IMG/VR virus record: IMGVR_UViG_2778261666_000010
DNA from: a virus
Taxonomy: Duplodnaviria; Heunggongvirae; Uroviricota; Caudoviricetes
Length of the DNA: 24,201 bases
Reading direction: 5' to 3' (one strand)
The notes beneath the pieces are model-generated. The model was not told the origin of the DNA. It saw only the letters and a program-made list of their open reading frames with translations, and did no database searches. Both the position numbers and the translations under genes were made by a program. Each line of letters opens with the position of its first letter. Within the stretch, counting starts at the first letter, position 1. Shown here piece by piece: positions 1-8,678 of the stretch.

Positions 1-1185
1 AGGCCACGGAACAGGCACACCAACGGGTAATGCAGAGCCTTCTCCCAAACCAAGGTAATCAAGAACCCCCTGCGTGCTGGGCTTACTAAGAATGGCACGT
101 CCAACACTTGTCAGTGCGGTTAACGCGGCGCGATCTGCACCTGTAAAATAAGGGAGTTTATCTGCTGCTGTAGCAAGTCCTGCCAGCGCCGTCAGGGTAG
201 CATCCTTCGGTTGCTTACCCGCAAGCGCGTTAGTCATGGTTGTCGCAAAATTCGGGTCGTTACCCAGCGCCGCCGCCAGCTCGTTCAGCGTGTTCAGTGC
301 GTCAGGTGACGAGTCTACAAGCGCGGCAATCGCGGCCATAACATAAGCCGTGCTTGCGATCTGAGTATTATTAGTCCCCTGTGGCGCTGTTGGCGTTGTT
401 GGCGTTCCGGTCAGTGCCGGGCTGTTTAATGGGGCTTTCTTGTTTGTTTCATCCATTACCACCTTAACGGCTTTTGGTGTCGCTGCCAGTGTTTCAGACG
501 TGCTGTTCGTGGCGCTACTGAGCTGAACAATCCCTTTTTGTGTTGTGGTGGCATTCTGGGCGGTATATTTCCCGCTAGCCAGGTCATATGCAGCCTTAAC
601 CGCTTTCGGTGTTGCGGCCAGTGTTTCTGATTCACTGTTAATTGCACTGCTTAACTGAGTGAAACCTTTTGCGGTCAGCGAGGCGTCCGGGTGGCGTCGT
701 GACTGTTCGTGCTCTGAGATTTTGTCATCCACATATTTGCGGGTTGCCAGAACCACAGACGGGTCGATTTTCAGCGTGATAGCTTCGGTATTCGTGACAA
801 CCAGAATCATGCGGATAGTCTGGGTACGACCACTGCCTTCCTGCAACTGCGGTTTGTACGTTTCCGGGCAGTTCGCCACCGCAATGAGTACGCCTTCATC
901 ATCATAAAGCCCAATCTCACGTATCCAGAATCCGCCCTCGTTCTCAGGGATGATTTGCTCCGCAATAATCTGGTTCTGGTTGTTCGGGTCAACACTCAGA
1001 AGATTCAGCGGTGCAATGCGTTTCTGGTTAATCAGTTTTGTTTGTGCAGGGTCTGGTGTTGGTAACACACCATTTGCATCACCAACGGCCATTTGCGTCA
1101 GATTCAGCTTACTGCCGAGCATCGTCGCGTTAGCCAGTCGTGCCGCGCCCTGATTAGTCAGAATGGCGTAGTATTTCACTGTCAT
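1..1185 (-). CDS. H: Tail fiber protein, N-terminal ~395 aa (P2 gpH-like); partial, C-terminal receptor-binding part lies beyond the window start
   Basis: Reverse-strand translation from ATG at 1185 gives MTVKYYAILTNQGAA...; internal repeats translate to VQLSSATNSTSETLAATPKAVK, the repeated motif I recall from P2 H. Start overlaps the gpI stop (ATGA). The short track ORFs in 456-1153 are off-frame artefacts. Confidence 0.85.
   Translation of the reverse strand, partial: MTVKYYAILTNQGAARLANATMLGSKLNLTQMAVGDANGVLPTPDPAQTKLINQKRIAPLNLLSVDPNNQNQIIAEQIIPENEGGFWIREIGLYDDEGVLIAVANCPETYKPQLQEGSGRTQTIRMILVVTNTEAITLKIDPSVVLATRKYVDDKISEHEQSRRHPDASLTAKGFTQLSSAINSESETLAATPKAVKAAYDLASGKYTAQNATTTQKGIVQLSSATNSTSETLAATPKAVKVVMDETNKKAPLNSPALTGTPTTPTAPQGTNNTQIASTAYVMAAIAALVDSSPDALNTLNELAAALGNDPNFATTMTNALAGKQPKDATLTALAGLATAADKLPYFTGADRAALTALTSVGRAILSKPSTQGVLDYLGLGEGSALPVGVPVPWP
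461..660 (-). repeat. Intragenic tandem coding repeat in the tail fiber (two ~65-nt copies about 130 nt apart)
   Basis: Copies at ~461-528 and ~591-658 translate to QLSSATNSTSETLAATPKAVK and QLSSAINSESETLAATPKAV. Confidence 0.7.
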
Positions 1186-1790
1186 GCGTTTACTCTCAGA
1201 TTATCAATTAAATGAATGGCCGGGGCAGGGAAATAATCCCCTTCGACAATAATGGACTCCGGGGTGTAGGGATAAACCGTCAGGGCATCGCCGTGATAGC
1301 ATCCCGTACCAACGAAAATCTTTCCGTTCACACTCAGACTGATCGCCAGCCCTGTCAGATGGCGACTTACTGGTTTTGCATCCGCAATAAGGCGCTCAAG
1401 TTCCTGATACATTTCATCGGTGATGCCCTGATCAAGTACTCCGACAACAATGCGAAATGTTCCTGGCTCCTCGTTGAGTTGCCACCACTCCTTTACTTCA
1501 ATCAGGTAGCCGAGAGGCTCCACGGCTCTTCGCAGTGCGCTGATGGTCCCTTTGTGTCGGTGTATCAGCCATGCATCACGAATCACCTGTCGCTTTGTCT
1601 CTTCCGGCCAGTTGCGATCCCAGCGGTCAACGGAAAACGCCCAGGCGAGATAAGGCAGCAGATGCGCCGGGCAGGTGTCCGGCGACCACAGCGTGTTGAG
1701 GTCTACCGGAATGTCTGTAATGCGTGTTCCGACGGCTTCGGCACAACGCATGAAATTGCTGGCTGATGGTGGTAACAGTGAATTACTCAT
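1182..1790 (-). CDS. I: Baseplate assembly protein (P2 gpI-like)
   Basis: Gene order J->I->H as in P2. Start moved to ATG 1790 (MSNSLLPP...), which has an AGGTGG motif 5 nt upstream and sits just after the gpJ stop; track start 1823 would overlap gpJ by 41 nt. Confidence 0.75.
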   Translation of the reverse strand: MSNSLLPPSASNFMRCAEAVGTRITDIPVDLNTLWSPDTCPAHLLPYLAWAFSVDRWDRNWPEETKRQVIRDAWLIHRHKGTISALRRAVEPLGYLIEVKEWWQLNEEPGTFRIVVGVLDQGITDEMYQELERLIADAKPVSRHLTGLAISLSVNGKIFVGTGCYHGDALTVYPYTPESIIVEGDYFPAPAIHLIDNLRVNA

Positions 1791-2679
1791 TACGCCCACC
1801 TTCGCTGATGGTGAATGACTCACAGCGCGCCGCCTGTATGTCGCTGATGGCCATATTCTGTGTGGGTTCGATTATCTCCACGCGTTGCACACCGTGCACA
1901 TGCAGTGCGGCAGCAATGGCGGACAACGCCACGTCCTGACCGATAAGCCCCTGCTCAGCCAGCCACTTCCTGAACGACGATTCAGCCGCAGCCAGAATAG
2001 GTTCGGATTCCGGGCCGGGGTAAAAGTACAGTTTTGCATTCAGCCGCCATGTCACGATTCTGGCGCTCTGTACGGTCAGGCGGTCGGCCACCGGGCGGGT
2101 ATCCTCTGCATTCAGAACGGCGCGAACGGTATTAAGTAACGCCTCCGTTGCTGTGCCGTCGCCTTCAGTGGACAGGATGGAAACCGTCACATTTGCCGGA
2201 GACGGACTGATAGCCCGCGCATCACGCACCAGACCACTGGCGCTGCGGGCAAAATACTCGTATGCACCTGACGGGCCAGCAACACTCAGGCCGTCGTACG
2301 CCCGCTGCGCCCGCAGTCTCAGCGAGGTGTCGCTCTCCATCACCGCGTCGGTGGTATCCGTTGCCGGAGTGATAACCAGGCGCTTTGTGTTCATATTGCC
2401 CGCGAGGTTGTCCAGGTCTGTCCCGGCGCTGTGGCTTAACATGCAGGCGCGTGCACCCTCATTGACCCGCTGGCGTAACAGCATTTCACGAAACGCTGTT
2501 GTCTGGGCGATAACGTTCAGGGGTTCCGATTCCAGCTCCAGCGCGGCGGAGACGGCTTCACGCTGTTCGGCGGGATAAGCTGCAATCATCATGGCCTTTG
2601 TGTCAGCCAGAATTGCCTCAAAATCAGGCTCCGCGATGATGGCGGGTTCCGGTAACTGGGAAAGGTCAACGGCAGGCAT
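1783..2679 (-). CDS. J: Baseplate wedge protein (P2 gpJ-like)
   Basis: 298-aa ORF, ATG at 2679, position between W and I as in P2. Confidence 0.8.
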   Translation of the reverse strand: MPAVDLSQLPEPAIIAEPDFEAILADTKAMMIAAYPAEQREAVSAALELESEPLNVIAQTTAFREMLLRQRVNEGARACMLSHSAGTDLDNLAGNMNTKRLVITPATDTTDAVMESDTSLRLRAQRAYDGLSVAGPSGAYEYFARSASGLVRDARAISPSPANVTVSILSTEGDGTATEALLNTVRAVLNAEDTRPVADRLTVQSARIVTWRLNAKLYFYPGPESEPILAAAESSFRKWLAEQGLIGQDVALSAIAAALHVHGVQRVEIIEPTQNMAISDIQAARCESFTISEGGRNE

Positions 2680-2682
2680 GAT

Positions 2683-3033
2683 TTACTCTCTCAGCGTGAT
2701 GGTTAATTCAACATTCTGCATGGTCTGCATGACGGTGCCCGACAGCGTCACCCCGGCGCGGCCTCCTGCCTTCCAGACAACATCGATGGCATCCAGGGCA
2801 ATGCGGGGTTCCCATCGTGTCAGTGCAATCACGGCAGCACTCATGCATTGCAGACGCGTGGTGTTATTCATGGGTTCGTCAATCAAATCAGGCACAAGGC
2901 TGCCATATTCCCGTCGCATAACCCGGCTTGCCAGCGGGGTGGTCAGGATATCCCTGACTGACTGTTTCAGGTGTTCCATATCGTTCAGGTTTCCCGTCCC
3001 GTCCGGATTCATTCCTGTGTAGCGGGTTGTCAC
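2683..3033 (-). CDS. W: Baseplate protein (P2 gpW-like, gp25/lysozyme-like family)
   Basis: 116 aa, begins MTTRYTGMN... like P2 W as I recall it. GTG start at 3033 overlaps the gpV stop (GTGA) and has AGGAGG 6 nt upstream. Confidence 0.8.
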   Translation of the reverse strand: MTTRYTGMNPDGTGNLNDMEHLKQSVRDILTTPLASRVMRREYGSLVPDLIDEPMNNTTRLQCMSAAVIALTRWEPRIALDAIDVVWKAGGRAGVTLSGTVMQTMQNVELTITLRE

Positions 3034-3611
3034 TGCGGGCCTCCTGTCGAATCGCTGCCGCCTTTCACGCCACCGTGTTTATGCGTATGCACGGTAATGC
3101 CGTTTGAGGTGAAGTTGCCGCCGCTGTGCGTGATATTGCCGCTCATCTTTCCTCCTTTTGTGACGTCAAGCGTCGCCGTTCTCAGAAGGTTTGTGCATTC
3201 CACGACGGGCGTATCCAGTTTCACGCTGACGGATGCCTGTAAAGTGGCCGTTTTCATGCCGCTGGCGCTCAGTGCGCCTGCGTCCGCGTCGTAGCGGAAC
3301 ACCGCGCCGTCCGGCGCGCTGATCACGATTTCTTTCAGGCTTTTGCCGGGTGCCGGATTGGCATCACTCCACAGGCTGCCAATTATCATGGCGGTTTCCG
3401 GGTTGCCGCCAATGCAGGCAATTACCACCTGTTCGCCTGGTGATGGCGGCAGCCACACATTGAAGGCTCCCGCGCGCGTGGTGTTCCAGCGCAACCAGCC
3501 TGTTTCCAGTTCGCCGCTGCGAACGCGCACGCGCCAGGACTTCTCATCAACTTCAGAGATGATCCCGGTGCGGATGATATTGCTCAGCAGTCGCATGAGT
3601 TCTGCGCTCAC
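3030..3611 (-). CDS. V: Baseplate spike/hub protein (P2 gpV-like)
   Basis: 193 aa with NIIRTGIISEV... and C-terminal HTHKHGG apex motif typical of gpV spikes. GTG start at 3611 has GGAGG upstream and overlaps the upstream stop. Confidence 0.85.
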   Translation of the reverse strand: MSAELMRLLSNIIRTGIISEVDEKSWRVRVRSGELETGWLRWNTTRAGAFNVWLPPSPGEQVVIACIGGNPETAMIIGSLWSDANPAPGKSLKEIVISAPDGAVFRYDADAGALSASGMKTATLQASVSVKLDTPVVECTNLLRTATLDVTKGGKMSGNITHSGGNFTSNGITVHTHKHGGVKGGSDSTGGPQ

Positions 3612-4252
3612 CGTACAGCCTCCGCAATCCGGCCCAGCACCGTGTTATAAATCAGGCGCTCATCTGCCTGGCTGATACCCAGCAGCTCACGTACCGGGTA
3701 ATCGGTGAAAATGCCCGGCGCAACCTGATCGCGCTCACCGAACTGATGAACGCGGGCAATACGTGCGGCCACGCCGCTGTAACCCACCGTCACACCGGAA
3801 GCATCTGCACGGGCTTTCAGGTAGCGGGCGGTGCGCAGTTTTACGAACATGGGGACGCGCTTTGTGCTGTCCTGGTTGATGCGCCGGGTGCGTATTTCCA
3901 GAAAACGGTCGATATCATCCCGGTAAAACGTGCGGATATTATTTTTATCCTCATCCCACCCGGTAATGGTTCGCCCGTATTTCCCCGTGTCGTGATGCCA
4001 GTTTTTCAGCGTGCGTGCTTCGTTATTCCAGATAAAGCGAATGCGTTCCTGTATCCGGGTTACGCGGCGTCTGCGTGGTGTCCACGCGGTCCCGTCCGGC
4101 GCTTTCTGTGACCGGATACGCGCCTGCTGGGCGCGGCGTAAATCCTGTGCCAGCTTTCTGGCGATGTTATTAATGGCCTGCTGATTCAGGCTGTCGCGGA
4201 TGGCCTCAAAGGTTTCATCCACGCGGGTGAATGCCTTATCCATCGCTTTCAC
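3608..4252 (-). CDS. S: Tail completion / virion morphogenesis protein (P2 gpS position)
   Basis: 214-aa ORF between R and V in P2 order. Start is ambiguous: GTG 4252 or ATG 4243. Longer than the ~150 aa I recall for P2 S. Confidence 0.65.
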   Translation of the reverse strand: MKAMDKAFTRVDETFEAIRDSLNQQAINNIARKLAQDLRRAQQARIRSQKAPDGTAWTPRRRRVTRIQERIRFIWNNEARTLKNWHHDTGKYGRTITGWDEDKNNIRTFYRDDIDRFLEIRTRRINQDSTKRVPMFVKLRTARYLKARADASGVTVGYSGVAARIARVHQFGERDQVAPGIFTDYPVRELLGISQADERLIYNTVLGRIAEAVR

Positions 4253-4703
4253 CCCACGTCACATCCTGGAATACATGCGACCAGTCGCCTTCGGAAGATG
4301 GCAGGCGGGGTTTTGGCTCCGGCAGGTGTTCTGCCTGCGGCGTGCCCTGACTGCTGCGCGTGATGCGAACGCGTTCCCGCAGAGGGAGCGTAAACAGGAG
4401 ATCGGCGCTGTCATCGTCATTGATAACGGCGGAGAATTTGATGTCCTGATTACGCTCCGGATTGAGCAACAACTGTGGCTGATTTTCTGATAACCACGCC
4501 AGTAGCGGCAGCGTGAGGTCGTCCAGCTCCCCGGCGTAATCCATGACAAACATCACCATCTGATAGCGGTAAACAAACGAGGGCGTTTCTCCGGTCGTTT
4601 CAATGTTGCCGCTCTCCACGAAAATGGTGAATTTTTCCGGGTTGGCCTGACACCATCGGCATGAACGGGTCATGGCTTCACGCAGGGAATCAGTTTTCAG
4701 CAT
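4236..4703 (-). CDS. R: Tail completion protein (P2 gpR-like)
   Basis: 155 aa, the length I recall for P2 R; ATG at 4703; directly downstream of the lysis genes. Confidence 0.75.
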   Translation of the reverse strand: MLKTDSLREAMTRSCRWCQANPEKFTIFVESGNIETTGETPSFVYRYQMVMFVMDYAGELDDLTLPLLAWLSENQPQLLLNPERNQDIKFSAVINDDDSADLLFTLPLRERVRITRSSQGTPQAEHLPEPKPRLPSSEGDWSHVFQDVTWGESDG

Positions 4704-5010
4704 GGTTGTTGTCCTCGTTGTTCAGTCGTTGCAGCTTGCGCTGTTCCAGTAATTCAATGGCCCGTTTATCCGCGTTACAGGTTTCCAGTGCATCCAGAAG
4801 GCGGTCGCCCCATATACCGAGATTTCCCCATGTGGGAGTATCAGGGAAGGGGGGAGGCATTACCGGTATGGTCAGCGTCTGCGGTATAAGCCGGACTGAC
4901 GGCGCTGGCCGTGGCGCGTTCTGCGTGCCTGCGCAACCTGTCAGTAAAACGAGCGTCAGGCAAAGCGTGGGCGCATTCATCTTTTGCAATATCGTTGCGT
5001 AGCTGTTCAC
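4690..5010 (-). CDS. Outer-membrane spanin (o-spanin, Rz1/LysC-like lipoprotein), overlapping the i-spanin in another frame
   Basis: Signal peptide with lipobox LLTGC followed by a proline-rich region. GTG start at 5010 has GGAGAGG upstream; an ATG at 4980 is an alternative. Overlaps the i-spanin 3' end by ~170 nt. Confidence 0.7.
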   Translation of the reverse strand: MNSYATILQKMNAPTLCLTLVLLTGCAGTQNAPRPAPSVRLIPQTLTIPVMPPPFPDTPTWGNLGIWGDRLLDALETCNADKRAIELLEQRKLQRLNNEDNNHAEN

Positions 5011-5248
5011 GTCTGGCCTCTCCGTCCTGATTGCGTTGCTGATTTTCCGCGCGGAGTTGTGCCAGCACCTGCTGCATATCCTGTACCCCGGCGCTGATGA
5101 TATTCAGGGTGTCGACGGTACTTTTCAGGGTGCTGGCCTGCGCTTCGTTTCTGGCGTTCTCCCGGCCCAGTGACCACGACAGACGCATGGATGCTCCCCA
5201 GGCGGCAATCAGAAGAAAAGCGACGCCCAGCGTGGGCCAGAGCTTCAT
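4841..5248 (-). CDS. Inner-membrane spanin (i-spanin, Rz/LysB-like)
   Basis: Start moved to ATG 5248 (MKLWPTLGVAFLLIAAWGA...), which overlaps the endolysin stop (ATGA). N-terminal transmembrane helix then a charged coiled-coil region. The track's extra 48 N-terminal residues overlap the endolysin. Confidence 0.7.
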   Translation of the reverse strand: MKLWPTLGVAFLLIAAWGASMRLSWSLGRENARNEAQASTLKSTVDTLNIISAGVQDMQQVLAQLRAENQQRNQDGEARREQLRNDIAKDECAHALPDARFTDRLRRHAERATASAVSPAYTADADHTGNASPLP

Positions 5249-5637
5249 GCCGGATAAACACCGTGCGGTAACTGAAAATGCGGTCCGTCTTTCAGGGTCT
5301 TCCAGTCGCCGCCCCATTCCACCGGAATATTCAGTTCCCGGCTGGCCTGTCTGAATGCTGCTGCGATTTTTTCGTACAGCGGCCATTCCCATGACACCTG
5401 GCTGCCGATATAAGCCACAACATCCACGGCATGTCCCGTAAGGTGGCGGCTGTTCATGGTCTGGCTCTTACCTGTGGCCACAAGTTGCTTCTGGCGGTAA
5501 CGGCTGCGCAATCCTTCGGTGATACCAAAATCCACTTCCGAGATTTCCAGTGCCCGTCGGGTCACTTTCACCAGATCAGGATTTACGCCCTGCAAATTCT
5601 TTTCGCTCCGGCTGCTGAATTTAAATGTGTTGCTCAT
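5245..5637 (-). CDS. Endolysin, peptidase M15 family (L-alanyl-D-glutamate peptidase type)
   Basis: 130 aa with a zinc-peptidase signature (SRHLTGHAVDV ... DGPHFQL) resembling T5-type M15 endolysins. ATG 5637 overlaps the holin stop. Not a P2 K-type lysozyme. Confidence 0.75.
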   Translation of the reverse strand: MSNTFKFSSRSEKNLQGVNPDLVKVTRRALEISEVDFGITEGLRSRYRQKQLVATGKSQTMNSRHLTGHAVDVVAYIGSQVSWEWPLYEKIAAAFRQASRELNIPVEWGGDWKTLKDGPHFQLPHGVYPA

Positions 5638-5957
5638 TCGTCCTTCTCCTTCACCCTGCGATTAAAGGCCGCAATAACCTTGTCGCGTGCTTTCTCTGCC
5701 CCCATAAAACCGATTGATGCGCCGATAAACGTCACGGCATCTTCAGGAAAACCGAAGAAGCGCAACGACCCGGCCACGGCCATGGCAAGAACGCCGCACG
5801 CCAGCGATCCCGTTACGGTCTGAACCAGTGTTCGTCCGTCATAAAGACTCATCAGCGCGGAAATGCTGACCGCCGCGCCTACTGCATACACCGTTGGCAG
5901 GTGGTCAAAGAGCCACGCAATAACCTGCTCTGTGATCCCTGTTTGAATGGTGCTCAC
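5634..5957 (-). CDS. Putative holin
   Basis: About 107 aa with three hydrophobic segments and a charged C-terminus, located between X and the endolysin like P2 Y. The track ORF has no internal ATG; I call a GTG at 5957 with a GGGGGAG motif 5 nt upstream, just after the gpX stop. Confidence 0.6.
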   Translation of the reverse strand: MSTIQTGITEQVIAWLFDHLPTVYAVGAAVSISALMSLYDGRTLVQTVTGSLACGVLAMAVAGSLRFFGFPEDAVTFIGASIGFMGAEKARDKVIAAFNRRVKEKDE

Positions 5958-5959
5958 TG

Positions 5960-6160
5960 CTACTCCCCCCACAACTGAATCATTTCTCGTTTCTTCTTCT
6001 CCGGCTCCGGCATCTCCACTTCCTGCCCGGCGTCCAGAAATACCTGCTGACAGAGTCCGGGGTTGGCATCCAGCACCTTTTCGGTGACGCCCTGCGTCGT
6101 GCCGTAGTACCGGAAACAGAGCGAATCCACGGTGTCGCCTTCCAGTGCCTTCACTTTCAT
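5960..6160 (-). CDS. X: Tail protein X (P2 gpX-like, LysM-like)
   Basis: Start moved to ATG 6160 (MKVKALEGDTVDSLCFRYYG...), giving 66 aa, close to P2 X. Overlaps the gpL stop (ATGA). Confidence 0.7.
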   Translation of the reverse strand: MKVKALEGDTVDSLCFRYYGTTQGVTEKVLDANPGLCQQVFLDAGQEVEMPEPEKKKREMIQLWGE

Positions 6161-6654
6161 CAGCACAACTCCGCAAAGATTCGCGGGCGGCACAGAATGT
6201 CAGAGATGGCCCAGCTCACATCGCGCCACAAATCCGATGTCTGTATATCCAGTGCGTCCGCCCGGCGGTCGCCCTTGTCCGTTGTGTCCGCATCGCGGTA
6301 ACGCTCCAGAATCAGGGCGCGTGTGGCGGTATAAACAGCATTGCGCCAGTGCCAGAGATTGACGCTTTCTCCGTTAATTACGGGTGCCGGAACATCGGCC
6401 AGCGTCTGATGGCCAGCCGCCTGCTGTTCCTGCTGCCATGCTTCCAGCTCGCGGGTAACGTGTGCCACGGCCCCGGTGGCGGTATGCAGCAGGCGGGAGG
6501 TGGTCACACGGCCCGGCAGTCGTACCGCCAGACGCAGCTCGCGCAGCACAATATCCGGCCAGAATGCACCTGCTGAAATGCGAGTGTCGCCATCATCGGT
6601 ATCGGTGATGTCGTCCTCTGCGGGTCTTGGTTCAGTTCTGGCAACCATACTCAT
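6160..6654 (-). CDS. L: Head completion/stabilisation protein (P2 gpL-like)
   Basis: Position after M as in P2. Track start 6663 is GTG only 1 nt from the SD; ATG 6654 has AGGAG at good spacing. C-terminal ...WRDVSWA... resembles P2 L. Confidence 0.8.
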   Translation of the reverse strand: MSMVARTEPRPAEDDITDTDDGDTRISAGAFWPDIVLRELRLAVRLPGRVTTSRLLHTATGAVAHVTRELEAWQQEQQAAGHQTLADVPAPVINGESVNLWHWRNAVYTATRALILERYRDADTTDKGDRRADALDIQTSDLWRDVSWAISDILCRPRIFAELC

Positions 6655-6756
6655 GGGGTTCACTCCTGAAAAAAATCGGGCGGTGGGTGCGCGGTGTAAA
6701 CGGTCACGGAGTCAAACCGGAACACCGCGCACGCCGCCCGCTGACGGGGTCAGTCG

Positions 6757-7557
6757 TTAACCGCGCTTCGCCTTCTGCGTCGCGGTGGTTTTTCGTGTTG
6801 CAGGCTTCCGCGTTGTCTTTTTACTTTTGCTGCTTTCGTCCTGCGCCTGCTGTGCGCTGGCGTCTTCTGGTGCGGCTGCGGAATCGGCTTTTTTCAGGGC
6901 GCGGGAAAGGGTTGCAATCTCGCGTTTCACACCTGCGTTCGGGTTCAGGTGCATCGCTTCGCGCAGCAGCTTCAGTGATGAGGCCATGCTGTCCGCATCG
7001 CTCAGGCCACGGCGGGCAAAGGCGCACGCCTTGCATAATTTGGCGCGCACTTCGTCCGGCATATCCTGGTTGGCGACAATTTCCCAAAGTGTGTCCAGTG
7101 GTTCGATAAAGGCGGACAAATCCGCGTCGGCATCCGTCCCGGCCTGCGTCAGTACCGGGTTGCAGATTTCTTCGGTCAGTACCGTGACAGCAGTACGGCC
7201 AAAGTTATCCGGCATGATGAGGTTGTGACGGACCACATACGCACCAATACGCAATGCCAGCGGAAGATCGCCGCAGTCAATCGCCCACACCATCAGCGTG
7301 GCAATCACTTCATCCTGCTGCCCGCCGTCAGCCTCCAGCGTTCCTTCAATCCAGCCGGAAAAGTCCGGCAACAACTCTTTTTTGATGGCGGCTTTCGCGC
7401 TTCTGGCCTGTACGCCCTTAAGCCGGGCCTGTGCCAGACGCAGACGATACAGCACCTCTTCATGCGCGGTACGCGCGGCGTGGTCCACGCCTTCATTCGC
7501 CCGGCCTGCGCGCTGTGCCATCACGTTCTGCCAGTGTTGCTGTGCAGGAGTAATCAT
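6757..7557 (-). CDS. M: Terminase small (endonuclease) subunit (P2 gpM-like)
   Basis: 266 aa with ...MPDEVRAKL... and a basic K/R-rich C-terminal tail as in P2 M; ATG 7557 with GGAGAG upstream. Confidence 0.8.
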   Translation of the reverse strand: MITPAQQHWQNVMAQRAGRANEGVDHAARTAHEEVLYRLRLAQARLKGVQARSAKAAIKKELLPDFSGWIEGTLEADGGQQDEVIATLMVWAIDCGDLPLALRIGAYVVRHNLIMPDNFGRTAVTVLTEEICNPVLTQAGTDADADLSAFIEPLDTLWEIVANQDMPDEVRAKLCKACAFARRGLSDADSMASSLKLLREAMHLNPNAGVKREIATLSRALKKADSAAAPEDASAQQAQDESSKSKKTTRKPATRKTTATQKAKRG

Positions 7558-7574
7558 TTGTTCTCTCCGTTACA

Positions 7575-7593
7575 GGCGGGCATGATGCCCGCC
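7575..7593 (-). other. Perfect 19-nt palindromic hairpin between capsid gene N and terminase gene M
   Basis: GGCGGGCATGATGCCCGCC, just after the N stop (7603-7605). No U-tract follows on the minus strand, so it looks like a stability/attenuation element, not a strong terminator. Confidence 0.4.
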
Positions 7594-7602
7594 GTGAGTT
7601 GA

Positions 7603-8655
7603 TTAGCTGTCGGCGAACTTCAGGCCAGTGACCATCGCGCACTTGCCATAGTCTTCAACGACATAAGCGTCATTGATGGACTGGTAGGTGGCGATGCGGT
7701 TGTATTCCGGCTCGTCTTTCATCAGGCGACGCATTGTTCCTTTCTGCCAGTAAATTGACAGGTTGTTGAACGAGGTGATAAGCATCGTTGAATCCGGGAA
7801 GAACGGCGCAAGGAATACATCCAGCCCGCCAATGGCGCGCGATGACAGGATGAGCTGTCCGGCAAGTAATTCCGCATTGGGATTCTGGCCGCTGATGCTG
7901 TTCAGCACGGGCAGACGCAGCGAGTTAAACAGGTTGCGCCCCATAATCACCACGAGGTCGTCAGCTTCCTTGTGCCATTCATCCAGCAGGGATGAGCGCG
8001 CGTCCTGTACCAGAGCATCAGCGTTCGCATACTTACCCGCGTGCGCCACGGTGTTGTCCATGTTGCGGGAGGTCAGCGTCACGTCATTCATTACGCGCTC
8101 GCTGGCGTCGGTTCTGATGTGCTCCAGCCATCCCACGTTAACGTCCTGAAGCAGCTTGTTAGTGCTGAAGTTGGACTCATCTGCGTGAGACGTGCCGTTG
8201 AAACCGATCATGATGCGGTCAAGCGCCACCTGCCGGGCAATCTGTGTGCTGACGCGGGACTGAAAATCAGGGTGTGCCGCCCAGGCATCAAGCTGCGGAT
8301 ACGAAATAAACGTGTCGTAGTTCACCTGTTCGCACTGATATTTGCGGTTTTTCAGATCAACCACGTTATTCGGGTTACGGCGTTTTGTGCCGTCATAACT
8401 GGTATTCGTGCGCGCAATCGGCCCGGTGGTGTCCAGGAGGATTTTTTCGCCTTTCTGGTCGGTCACACCGAACACGTTAATTTTTTTTGTAAATTCGGTG
8501 CTTTCCTTTACTGCGTTTTCAAAACGCTGCTGCACCGAGGGTTCCACGGTAAATCGCGATACCAGTGCAGATACCGGGATGTTGTTAAGCGACGCCTGCT
8601 GCGCCATATAGCAACCCAGCTTGTTGCGGGTAATATCTGACATCACCAGATTCAT
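7603..8655 (-). CDS. N: Major capsid protein (P2 gpN-like)
   Basis: 350 aa; shares ...FTVEPSV... and the overall pattern of P2 N from memory; ATG 8655 with AAGGAG upstream. Confidence 0.9.
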   Translation of the reverse strand: MNLVMSDITRNKLGCYMAQQASLNNIPVSALVSRFTVEPSVQQRFENAVKESTEFTKKINVFGVTDQKGEKILLDTTGPIARTNTSYDGTKRRNPNNVVDLKNRKYQCEQVNYDTFISYPQLDAWAAHPDFQSRVSTQIARQVALDRIMIGFNGTSHADESNFSTNKLLQDVNVGWLEHIRTDASERVMNDVTLTSRNMDNTVAHAGKYANADALVQDARSSLLDEWHKEADDLVVIMGRNLFNSLRLPVLNSISGQNPNAELLAGQLILSSRAIGGLDVFLAPFFPDSTMLITSFNNLSIYWQKGTMRRLMKDEPEYNRIATYQSINDAYVVEDYGKCAMVTGLKFADS

Positions 8656-8678
8656 AAAAAATTTGCTCCTTTGTCTTA

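Noticed and set aside
1212-1766. 184-aa plus-strand ORF overlapping gpI
   Set aside because: Antisense to the baseplate gene, which has P2 synteny and coupled start/stop codons.
8041-8640. 199-aa plus-strand ORF inside the major capsid gene
   Set aside because: Antisense artefact within the gpN coding region.
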